Origin: Tubulanus polymorphus
Taxonomy: Eukaryota > Animalia > Nemertea
NCBI RefSeq assembly: GCF_964204645.1
Contig: NC_134027.1
Coordinates: 25,382,560 to 25,446,559 of the forward strand
Length of the DNA: 64,000 bases
Direction of reading: 5' to 3'
Part shown: one piece after another, positions 10,890-23,200 of the stretch
Position numbering within the stretch: position 1 is the stretch's first letter
Layout of the letters: each line of letters starts with the position of its first letter
The notes under the pieces: model-generated
Seen by the model: the letters and a program-made list of their open reading frames with translations, nothing else
The model's database searches: none
Told to the model about the DNA's origin: nothing
Translations under genes and position numbers: made by a program

Positions 10890-13530
10890 TGTCACAAGAA
10901 TCTCGTATTTTTCAGCAGAGGTGTTGTGTGTTGCCATAATGTTCCATTTGTGTTGAAATTTTATAAGAAATTTTGAATGATTAGAATTGAGCAGTCTTAA
11001 CGTCCAAATAGTGCCGGACTTGGTCGAGTCTTAATAAACCTCGGCTTAGTCCATTTATAGGTGTCAGAACTTATTTCAGATTAGGGGGTAAGATTTTTTC
11101 ATATTACATATCGAATCACACTTCCATTACCGGGTTTTCCTTTGCATTACAAATAAGTAACGGCTTGTATTTGTTTTAGAATGATAGCAATAACCGACCA
11201 AAACTAACAAAATATCCACAATTTTACTTGGCTGTTTTGACGCTCTTTTGAAAACTTATACGATTCCAAAACCACTAGCCTCTGACTAACTGGGAGTGGC
11301 CTGCATTTTTGAATCAAGCCCCCTCTTCTGACGTCTATGCCATTTTAATTAATAAAAACAGATCAACACCAGTCTTAGGTGAAAAACGGTTTTTTTTTGT
11401 AGAAAACAAGTTCCCATGATCAATATTGCCCAAAAGTTGTTAAACGTTAACTGGCGTTGGAACTATAATATGAATACCATGATTGAAAATTGCAGGTACC
11501 CATCGCCCCAATTAATACTTACTTAGACTTACCCAAGACCAGTCTAAGTTCATTTTGGTTCTATATGGTATCCAATCTAACAACTCTATAACCATTCTTT
11601 CTATCACCATTTTAAACTTGTCTAAGCTCATTTTGGTTTTGTTTAAGACCAGTCTTTAGATTTAAGACCATTATCGGACTTAATGCAACTCTGAGCACTG
11701 TTTGTCATTGAAAAATGAGTGATCTTTGAACGATTTGGTTTCTGTAATTTTTGTCTAGCTGATATATGTTTGATTGTATTTTATATCGCAACTTATATTT
11801 TTCTGGGAGTAAGACTTTAAGCTGCGTGTGAATTCAAATGTTTGAATATATTAACTCTTGTGACTGCGATTAAGGTCATACAAATAAGGTTTCAGTGTAA
11901 ATGTAGTTTTTTCCAGACGTATGAATGATAAATGGATCGGTTGATGATCATTTGTGTGTAATTTTAATTGATTTTTATTTGTAAATTCTTTAGATGTTTA
12001 ACATTCATTCTGAATATTCAAGGATTTTTCTTTGTGGCGGTCCAAATTAGCTATGCATCAGTGTAGGTTCTTTATCAGATGATATAAGCCGCAGACGTTT
12101 TTTCCCCGGGTTAAACTGGCCCGGACCAGACTTGAGTTCCCTCTAAGCATCCCTCTCACTTACTCACTTGAATTCCATCAAAATGATGCTGTGGCCTGAT
12201 AATTTGGCTCGGGTTTGGTTGGATTGAATATTGTATATCTTAAACGGACATGGACCCTTTTGAATGTTTTGGCCAATAAAAAAACACTTACAGGTATGTG
12301 ATCGCGGCTTCAGAACTATGGTTTTTATCTATGTGAAAAAATATTGCATAATTTAAGTCATTATCAACCAATAGGCAGGTCCTTCTTAGTTTCATATATT
12401 AGAATACTATATTTGGGTGTCTATCCCTAAATTGGATTACAAGCCATACACAAGATTTGTTGTAGAATAGTCAACTCGGTGATAGGCGTCTCGATTATGA
12501 ATACTGTTGAACTGGGATAATTCGTTGGGGTGATCATTATGTCCACAACTTATCCATATGATGAATTGGACTAAGTTGACATGAAAAATTGGGACTAAAA
12601 ATAGATACGAATTAAGTAATGTGTCATCTTATCGTATTGCCTCTGAACTGTATATATTTCACTGGGTTTGACTGGAACCTGAATTGCAAAGTGGGTGCAA
12701 ACGTTTTTCCAAATGAATTTTCGTAAACGGGTAATTCACCGTGGTGACCACTTGTCCGTATTGTCGATGGTATTTAGTAAGGTTACCGGTATTTAGAATG
12801 GGTAATTCCAAGTAGAGTAAGAAGCAAGGTCTGATTGTTTCGTATTTTATAGTACAAATTTCAGTCTGTGGATGTTGTTAACTATGCATTCTTTCATTTC
12901 ATGACAATTTTTTAATTTTTAATATCAAATAGACACTGTTTGGCACAGTTTTAGGTTTAGAAAAACTAACTGATTTTCAAGGCTAGCGAAAATTCAACTC
13001 ACAACAGTGTATCAGATGTTATGATGGTGGGGATTTTCATTTTTGCAACAAAAATTAACATGTTTGTTTTTCTTCTGCTTTTTTCATCGCATTTTTATCA
13101 CTGTGTAGAGTCATTGGGCCAAAACTCATTTTGGTTCAATAGCCAATCAAACAACTTGAGACCAGTCTTAAGATTTAAGCCCTTTTGTGGAATATTGAAC
13201 TAAGACTTTATGCTAGTTTTACCAGAATGCTCCGATTTTTGGTCAAGATGTTTTTTTTTACTTGAGAATGTCCTTCATATAGAGTAAGGTTCAGAAGAGA
13301 AAAAACGATTATTTTGATTTTGTTGATTTCACGAAGAAATGACTGCATTTAGAAAGATGCAGTTGAAACAGTTGTGTAATTACTGACTGACTGAATAATG
13401 TGTGAAGGCAATTTTGTAAATAACGAAGAAGATGATAATATAAGATAAGTTATTGTGTACAGAAATATATTCAGCAGATTGCCTCGGCCTATTCTGGTTG
13501 TGGTTCTCATTTTTGTTTTGGAAATATCGA

Positions 13531-13536
13531 AATAAA
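13531..13536 (+). terminator. Candidate sortilin polyadenylation signal
   Basis: AATAAA followed by a GT/T-rich tract (GTGTTTCTTTTT) at the end of ~3.2 kb of U-rich, UTR-like sequence. Confidence 0.4.
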
Positions 13537-13897
13537 CCAGATATTGTTTCTATAAAAAGAAAGTGTTTCTTTTTCTGAAGTTGTGATAGGGTGTGGGCGA
13601 GTCAGCAGGCTGCGCCTGGTTCAAGGCCGAGCTTAGTGGGAGAGGTCAGGGGGAAGACCGCAGATTTTTGAGTCGAATTTCTTCGTAGGTCATCAGACAC
13701 TGGTTAGGACCATTTCCAATAGTTACAATGATAACTATTTCTTAATTTGCGTGCTATAGTCTCTGTGTTCTAAGCAAGTTCTCCTCAATCCTCTTGTCAG
13801 CTGTGAATCTTTTCTCTCTGCGAACCAACATACGAAGAACAGAAGACACTACAAATATCAATTTACTATGACTGACAGTGCAGTCAATTTAATTTCA

Positions 13898-13903
13898 TTT
13901 ATT
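13898..13903 (-). terminator. Candidate TAF4 polyadenylation signal
   Basis: TTTATT on + (AATAAA on -), where sequence that looks like a minus-strand 3' UTR ends. Confidence 0.35.
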
Positions 13904-14061
13904 GCATTTTTCTTCTTTTTGTAGTCGATACTATACAAAATATCAATATATAAACAAGACCTGTATTTAATCATTTAAATCTATCATTCCCCCAATATAT
14001 ATATATATATACTCAACACATAGTTCACTGTGTTCTTGACGTGTGTGTGTGTCTCTGTACA

Positions 14062-14104
<43 letters not shown>

Positions 14105-14255
14105 TGCAATAATTAATATCATTGCAATAACAATATTATGTAATAATTACATAATATTATCATTGTTACTATTATTACAAGAATAATTATCGTAATATTT
14201 AATAATAATATTAATAATAATATTAATAGTAATAATAATAATTATTATCATTATA
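14062..14255. repeat. (AAT)n microsatellite and degenerate AT-rich extension
   Basis: About 14 perfect AAT units followed by decayed AAT/ATT repeats. Confidence 0.9.
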
Positions 14256-15189
14256 ACCTAGGCGGTTTTTTTTCGCGGCAGAATGTACAAATTTTATTCA
14301 TTTTTTACAACTGTACAAGTTCGTGATGAATCGATGATAAAAGCTCGTACCTACTATATCTTACACGATCAAGCGTCGGGTTCTATTTACAAACATTTAC
14401 AATTTCCGCAAAGAAAAAACAAATCCTCGACGAACTTTTTTTGCCGACGAATAAATAATTATTGATTAATCGCGATAATAATTTTATGTAGGAGTAGGTT
14501 TTCGATCGGAACTGAAAAATTTTTGCATGATTAGAAAATCCTTTTTTTCAAAAAGAAGAAAATAGTTTTCGCCGAGCACGACTCACTCGCCTGTGGCTCC
14601 TTCTCGGGAGTTAATTAATTATCAATCAATTTACAAATAATCAATTAATCAACACCGCTTTATCAAATGCTTGCAGTTTCTTTTTCAATACATGAAATAG
14701 ATTTTAACACAGGAACCAACAATGCCATAAGAGATCTAAAATTTCTAATTGCTGATTTTCACATGAATTTAATAAAACTGCCCAATCTACAGCCTGAACC
14801 ACTCCATCATACATTCAGAGATCCAGGACAATCAGTTTCTTATTAAAATGTTCAATGTCAGGTGTTTGTAGTTAATTTTCAATCAGAAAATGTCACAAGT
14901 GGACGATCAAGGGTGGAACGGGGTCCAGACTGCAGATTGATGCAACCTACATTAAGTTCAAAGTATTTTTGATTCCTTTTCCCTCGTTGAAGTAGAGTAC
15001 ATTTAGTTTATGATCCAGTTAGAAAAACCACTTCATATAAATCAGTCTGATCTAATCATAAACTGCATTAGAATATACAATTTCCAACAAACCGGGATGC
15101 ATTTCACTATTAATACCTAATCATCTGGATAAGTATAGTATCAATCATTGTATAATAGTGACATCATTGTTGTGTGCTTTCAATATACG

Positions 15190-15440
15190 CACAGCAAGGA
15201 GCCACCCACTGTGTAGGCTGTTAGCACTAGGAGCCACCCTCAACATGGAAAATACTAGGAGCTACCCACAGTGCAAGTATAATGTTGGGAGTCAACCTCA
15301 GAGCAGGCAGACAGTAGTAGGAGCCACCCGGTATAGGTTCATGTGGTACTAGGAGCCACCCAAGGTAAACCGACAACCTACAGCGCAGGTACACAATACG
15401 AACCACCCTCAGTAGTAGGTTATGTAGGAGCAACCCATAG
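15190..15440. repeat. Degenerate ~30-bp tandem repeat
   Basis: AGGAGCCACCC-like core recurs about 7 times. Confidence 0.7.
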
Positions 15441-16635
15441 CACAGACGGACAACACATCTCTACGAGATAAACAACAAATCTGACCGACCACACGTCTTC
15501 TGTTCGCATACAGAAACCTGTAACAACCAATCGATAACAGATTCAAGATCTCCTCTCTCCAACCCTTCTAGTGAAATATCATAAATTAACAAACACCTCA
15601 ATTAAAGATTTGTTTTTTGATAACTCATCAAATCAACTCGTGTTTTATAAACCTTCTTTGTGATACAAATCTTTTTTGAACGAATGAATTTTTGTCTTCA
15701 AAGAATCGCTTCGAAAATGTTCTCAAATATGCCGATCGATTGTCAAAGCAGAATCGGTAGATTCACCAGAGAAAGAATCGAACGCTCTAGGCTAAAGGAT
15801 CTATCACTTAATCTACATAAAATCTGTACAAGTAATGCATTTAACTGTCTACATAACACTGGCCGTAAATAATCAGTAAATAAAGTTAATCCTTTAAAAA
15901 CGTCGACATTTCACACTCGACAAAAACCACTTAGTGGATTTACGCAGTTCAACAGACAACAGACTTCTCTAATACCTAAATTCATTACGAAATTCGCTTT
16001 CATTTAACAACATTTCAAAGATTGATACTCGAGTTATGCAGCAATAGGTTCAAAAAGAACCACAGTAGACTCGCCTCGCCTCGAATCCCGTGGAATATAC
16101 TAACTGGAGCAGCAAGTGAATTCCAAGGCAGTTGGAGCGAAGATGGGTCATCATCGCATAAATTGGAGCGAGGAGCCGGATATTAAACGTTTTTCTATCC
16201 GGCGTATGCGACCATCCGAGGTAATCGACTCTGTGTTAAGCGTGCAGTCTACTTTTCATAACAATTCAACTCCAGTTGTAGTGTAGTAGGACCAAACAAT
16301 TCAAATAATCCAAACATTTTAGTCCTAAACACTTCAAAATTGATTGCAGAAAGCATGTTGCTACATATATCATACATTTTTTTTAGCAATAAATGGTTTA
16401 AGCCATTTTCAGAAGTCTGTGCTGTGAACATAACCTAGCTACAAATCCTGGGGCCGGTTGCGCAAAAATTAGTACGAGTTAAATAGTGGACAAACACTGG
16501 GGTGAAATGTGAATTTTCCACTGGTTTTCTTCAACAGGGTCCCTACAGATTGGTCGTTGCTGGATATAAGGAGATTTTCAAGGAGAAATTTTCAAATTTG
16601 GAGAAACTGTCTGCATCACTTTAAGATCCCAATTA

Positions 16636-16868
16636 CAGTAGACTCCTCCTAAATCAGTGCTGTTTATTTCAGTAAACCATTAATGCAGTGGTTTTATATG
16701 TCAATTACTAAACTAAACTTAGAATTACCTAAACTCTGTTTAGAATTAAAATTACCTGAACTCTGTTTAGAATTAAAATACTTAACTCTGTTTAGAATTC
16801 GGTAACCGCCTAATTGATTTAAGAAAAAATCCTGATCCAAACTGTATTGATTGAGGCTTAGTTTACTG
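16636..16868. mobile_element. pogo/Tigger-like MITE with TA duplication and an internal triple repeat
   Basis: TA|CAGTAGACT...AGTTTACTG|TA; internal AACTCTGTTTAGAATT x3 (16730-16799). Confidence 0.6.
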
Positions 16869-17253
16869 TACAACTAAAACTTTTCTAGATGCCTATTTCC
16901 CAAAATTGAAAGAGTTTTAGACGTTTTGCTCAAATCAAAGGAGTTTCAAGCACCTTAAAAAGCCCTTTCTGTTCAGAAGGTTTTATTCAGGAAATCAATG
17001 AGTTGTAAGGACCCTGTATAACTAAATTTCGAGCCACTGACCCCGCCATACATCATTACACCATAATCATAGATTACATAAGGGTTATTCGTGTAAGCTG
17101 CAGCCAGCACAGCCTCTCTCATCTCTCTCTCATCTCTCATCACTGAAGAATTCGTTCGGGAACCAGCCCCACGCACCCAGGAGGAGAACAGCACAATATT
17201 TGGCAGTATTCCGAGCTATAAACGATCTCTCGATTACGCGATTATTTCCGCGA

Positions 17254-20200
17254 TCATTTTAGAAATGCCTTGTATAACGTATTGGACTTGGTGCTTTCGC
17301 GCTCCTGTTCCATCAGAAACAACAGATCCCTGAGATTGACTCGTCGAATTCTTGGACGTAAACTCATCTGCAAAATAAATGAAACACGATGTAATTTCTA
17401 ACAAGTATAATTTCTTCAGAAATCTAGGGGCCAGGAAGGGCGATAGTTATGACAAGCCTGAGCGACAAACTTCTGAACCCAGTTCCAACATTTCTGGGCT
17501 TAAGTTTGACTAGGCTAAAAACAATTGCAAAAGAACTCACTTTAGCTCGAAATTTTTAGATTTCAAATCAACTCAAATTTCCAAACTTTCTAACTTTGCA
17601 TCGGCAAGGAGATAATCACTGGGCCATGGAATTATGCATGAATTTCGTGATCAGAAGAAAAAATGCTTACCGGTCGTTGGGATGAACCAGGGGTACCAGA
17701 ACCAAATGCACTTCCAACAGCACTCTACGTAGAAAAATAGAATAAAATACGTTCATTCACATAAACCACATCAGGAATCAGTTGTTGCGATTAAGACAGA
17801 TAACCTATGGTTGATGGTAATGTGTGCAGCACTGGCTATCCTACTAGATGGCGTGTAGGTCTACATCGATAAGACAACTCAAGAAAAAATTAAGCTCATA
17901 ATAATTTTCTGCCTCCCACATCAGAAGTTGGGCAAATCACGACTTTCAATAAACTCAGATTGATTTTAGGGGTTCATCAGCACAATTTCTCATTCGTCAT
18001 TCATAGAATTTGAGAAATTATGGATAGATTAAATTGAATCTGGGAAGAGATCAGACATCGGTGTCCGAATGCACACTATGCGACACCTGGTGGATCCTCG
18101 CTTGCCGCAGTCGAATATAGAGCCCTGATCAGTAGAGGGACAGGTATGTGTTTGCTGATGTTTTTTTCTTACCGAACTCGATTCTCCCGTCGTGTCAATT
18201 TTTCGTTTTTTCCGCGGACCAATAGCTGCCAACGCCGTTAGATTAGCCTCCCTCTGACGAGTCTCCTCCATTTCCATTTGCTGCATCTGAAAAAACACGA
18301 GCAATTTCCGGGTAAAAACTGATCATTTGTAATTGTATTAGAAAATGGGGATCAGGGGATTCTATTTTTCATTCTGAGAGTTGGATTTCACATTATCTTC
18401 ACACAACACGACGTGATAGATCACGGACTCAAATGAACGAACCTCTTTAGCTTTTTGTTTTAATTTCAGCTGTTCGGGGTCTTCGTGTTTCGAACGACTC
18501 TGAAATTATGAATAAAACATCATTAGATATAATTGCAAAATTTTACCAAATTCCCTGATTTTTCTGATTCCCTCAAGTTTTCCAGGTTTTTTCTGCAAAA
18601 TTTATCGAATTCCCTGAGTTTCCGTGATTTTTTCAAGATTTCTCTGATTCCCTGAGTTTTTCAGGTTTACCAAGTCAATGGCAATTTACAGGTGTAATTT
18701 CCTTGCAGTCATTTGCCTGATATCCAATAGATGTCGCTACTCTTCATTCAAAACAAACTTGGCGACTGCGCAAGGTGGAATATTTACAGGTGACAATCGT
18801 GAATTGTGTGCAATTAATCAAAAACCTCAGATTACTGCAAAAACAATTCAAACCGAAAAGTCAAACAAATCAATTTGTAAGATTGCAGAAATCCGTACCT
18901 TCGCAGCTCGTAATAGTTTTTCACGTTCGTGTTCTTCGTGTCGTTTTTTCTCTAGTTTATCCAATTCGTCGACGAACTTTAATTGAGATTTCACTTCGCT
19001 GGTCGCCTCGTAACGTTGATCAATCTGAATCCAAAAAAAAAATTCATCATATTTCACGATCGTTCAATCGTCGACACTTGTTTCGGTTTGCAATTAACAT
19101 CCGTTTAATCGTATTGAAATTTATCAGGATTTAAAGCAGTCCAAAGTCAGCACTTTTAGCTGAACGCAAAAACGAATTCTCGGTATTTTCCTGAATGAAT
19201 AAGTCATGAAATACGAACATGCATTTGCGTTCAAATTCTAGAGTTCTTTTCATAAGAAACAACCACTTTGATATAGAGAGAAATCCCACAATAAATAAGC
19301 CAAAAATGCAAAGTTCTTTAATAGAAATCTATATACATTTGAGCAACGTTTCGGCTAAAGACTATTAGCCATCATCAGGCGACACCTGATGACGGCTCTA
19401 TTGAGTAGAAACGTTGCTCAATCTACAAACACTTTTACTATCGAAGAACTTATCATCTTAATGGCTGAATTATTGTGGATTTTTCCTCGTATATTCATCT
19501 GACACGGTTATTGTGTATCACCTCGACCTAACCACATTACCAAAATTTCAGGGGGTTCACTTACTTTGTATATTTCTAATCTATGTTCAGCTATAACTGA
19601 TAACCGTTCTAGTAAATTGCGCAATCGCTCTTGAGTCGCGTGTGACACTAAATGAGCGACCTCAGGAGGCACGTCTGTTATACCGTGTTTTTGAGCTGTA
19701 ATCAAAGAAATTTCAAATTTATTCCATGTTAATCTATTTTGGTAAAATCTGTTTTACAGTATGGGCTAGATCACATATGTACAGCAAACTGTCTCGTACT
19801 CGGTAGCGTTCTAAATATTTCACACAGTTCAGAATCAGGGAACTCATTAGCGCAGAGATTGCCACATATATTTCACCGAGTTGAGATTCAGAGAACTTAT
19901 AAGCGCTGAGATTGCTGCATATAGTTCACCGAGTTGAGAATCAGGGAACTCATTAGCGCAGAGATTGCTGCATATATTTCACTGAGTTGAGAATCAGGGA
20001 ACTTATAAGCGCTGAGATTGCTACATATATTTCACCGAGTTGAGAATCAGGGAACTTATAAGCGCTGAGATTGCTGCATATATTTCACTGAGTTGAGAAT
20101 CAGGGAACCTATAAGCGCTGAGATTGCTGCATATAGTTCACCGAGTTGAGAATCAGGGAACTCATTAGCGCAGAGATTGCTGCATACATTTCACTGAGTT

Positions 20201-23200
20201 GAGAATCAGGAAACTGCTGTGAGACTGCTGTGAATATTTCACTGAGTTGAGAATCAGGGAACCTATAAGCGCTGAGATTGCTGCATATATTTCACCGAGT
20301 TGAGAATCAGGAAACCTATAAGCGCTGAGATTGCTGCATATAGTTCACCGAGTTGAGAATCAATGAACTCTAAAGAGTCAGCACCAAAAATCCGAGGAAA
20401 AGGTATCTTTTTAGTGAAATTCACTGAGTTGACAAGTACCGAGTAAGGAACAGTCTACTGCATATTGCATTCTGTAGTACGTAATATATTCTGTAATATG
20501 TATACGGTGATAATAATGTATGCGTGTATTACCTGCTGCCATGATACGTTTAAGTAAAGGTCCGTGATTGAGGAAGTATTCATCTTTACAAGAACGTACT
20601 TGAGTAGTTAATATATCGCTACCGGCTGATAATATATTACGACTCTCCTCTATAATATTAACGCCGCCCATTGCTGCCACATCGTTGATATCATCGTCAT
20701 CTCTGAATTAAATACAATATCAGAAGGTGAAAAACATGTTTTTATTCGGTTAGTGACAGTTAAGACAAGTGACAGGGTCTCGGGGTGGCCACTTTTATTT
20801 GACTGGCTTTTTCCCCCGACTTATCACTTTTTGACATGTGGATTTTTTCCCTGACTTGACTGACTAAGAATCCAATCATTTAACACAGTCAAATACCTAA
20901 AACATAGAAGGAAACTGTTCGATTGTGACTATTTCCTGACATGTAAGTTGTTTTCCCTGACTCGATCTGCTAAGAATCTAATCCAATACAGTCAAATAGG
21001 CAAGACATAGATGGGACGCACAAGCAGGCAATTTTTACAAAATTCCCCAACTTTTCCCTGATGTCCCGGTAAGTGCCCACCTTGTTTTTTATTTGGTTCG
21101 TTTCCATTAGACTGTCTGTATTTCAATTCAGATTCCCTGAGAGATTCCCCGAGTGAATCAGAGAAAATCTCTAGGTTTAAAATGTTACAATTATTCATTC
21201 TTAAGTGAATCATGTACTGATTAAGAAACACATGATCAATAGCATTATCCAAATTACCTGGGGCCGGTTGCACAGTCATCCAAAAGTGGTCTTAAATCTT
21301 AAGATTGGTCTTAAGTTGTTAGATTGGCTATAGAACTAAGTTGGTCTTAGAATCGTCTTAAGTCTAAGCCCTGACTATGGAACCGGCCCCCTAGAAATTT
21401 CTCAGGGTGGCTACTGACCTGGGGCCAGTTGCATAGTCGTGACTTAAGCCCAAAAGTGGTCTTAATCTTAAGACTGGTCTTAAGTTGTTAGATTGGCTAT
21501 AGAACTAAGTTGGTCTTAGGCTGGTCTTAAGTCTAAGCCATGACTATGCAACCGGGCCCTGAGTTTTCCAGGTTTTGGTAAAATTTGTCAAATTCCCTGA
21601 TTTTCTCGAGTTTTTCCAGGTCAGTGGCGCCACCCTGTTTTCATTACCGCACCCTGATTGGATTGTAGAAAATGAAGCTTCACTTACTTGAGAGGGTCGT
21701 ATTTTTTCACGCGACTCGCCGCCGCGCTGGACGATGACGACGATGGTGGAGGGGACTTGAATAGAGTTTTGTTCAGACCAGCAGCAGCAGCAGTGTGAGA
21801 ATGATGGTGGTGATGCGGTTTCAACACGCGCGGCGTTTGTAACGTGGTCGGTATCTACAATAACACGAGACATAGAAGAATTATTGATAACGATTATCGA
21901 TGAAACACTACGTTAAGAGTCATATAAAACAACCCACAATGAGACAATCTGTTACACTCGCGCTCCCGATAGATTTCTATCCCTCTTCAGAGATTTATTT
22001 CATTTAAAAACTTCTAAATAAATCTATGAAGTTGAATAGAAGTTATCTATCCAAAATATCAGTGTGACAGTCTTTTTGTTGCAGTTCTTTTATATTATGG
22101 GTTTTTATAGATAGAACTTCATAGACTGTGAAGATTGCTGATTGAAGATGATATCAAAATCCCACATAATGTTTGCTCGCGCTGGGAGTTTATCAAACCA
22201 ATCGAACAGTTTTCCTGAAAATGACTTCATATTGAATTCAGGATAAAGTCGAATGAACATCAACCCGAGGAAACATTTCAGGCTCCTTTTGTTCTTTAAG
22301 CGTCTTTTTATCGAAACTTTCAGGATTAATATCAGTTATCCCACCAGTATCTGGTATTATGTCATATCTAGATCGTTTAATAAACCCGAGATCTATCGTT
22401 CCAGTCTATTCTAACAATATCTAATGCAATGACACACCTGACGATGATCTCTAGTGTGAGATTTTTTGAATAAATAAATTCTCGATTTTAAAATTCTTTT
22501 AATTTGTACATAGTGGGTTTTTATCTTATTATCTGTTCACCACGTTTGAGTGTGGTTATCCTACTACTGAACTGTAATAAAGGTTGTCCAAGGTATAACA
22601 TTCTGCAATCAATTCATATTCAACTTTCAACTTTGAACTGAATTTGTTCATTTTTGAAAGTAATATTAGACGTGTGCTCTCTTACCTGACCCATCGTGGT
22701 TGTCATTTTTGGCATCGGAGAGCGATATTTCGGAGGTCGAACGCCTTCGATTTCCATTTTACCATTCGCGAGCGACGATCGCAGCAACGGCAAACTTTTC
22801 TATAAATATCGAGAATTGATAATAATAATTACAAAATTTATATTTTACTGAGGGATCATTCATTAATTACGTAGGCATAAAATTTGAATTTTTCAACCCC
22901 CTCCCCTTGCACGCAAAATCGGCTATTTTTTCATATACATTAAGCATTACAGTACGCAATCGCCCTGACCCCCTCCCCTAATGCGTACGTAATAAATGAA
23001 TGATCCTCGAGGTATTTTACTTGGACGTCATTTTCCATTAGTTCAGGGTGAAACCAAAAATACATGTGTATTTTTGGTGAAACTGAATATATTAAGAATG
23101 TTGTTAGTTCAGGGTGGAAAAATCATTGAATTTGAACTGAAATTAAGAATGTTGTAAAAGGGCGATTGCGGCTTACGAAAGAGGAACTTACTTTAAGAAA

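Larger units (their letters stand above)
19270..19529. mobile_element. Penelope-like fold-back element: two diverged inverted halves, each with a hammerhead motif
   Basis: GAGAGAAATCCCACAATAA...TTATTGTGGATTTTTCCTC inverted ends; the centre reads ATCATCAGGCGACACCTGATGA; 3' hairpin ACACGGTTATTGTGT as in the 7110 copy. Confidence 0.75.

Noticed and set aside
16973-17194. 73-aa minus-strand ORF downstream of the TAF4 stop
   Set aside because: Non-ATG start, includes a low-complexity GA repeat, and shows no homology cues; most likely 3' UTR.
15518-17237. 3'-UTR intron in TAF4
   Set aside because: A plausible minus-strand acceptor exists at ~15518, but only a weak donor was found.
19830-20361. 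CRISPR-like array
   Set aside because: The whole 53-bp unit is repeated and the variable parts are point variants, not unique spacers.
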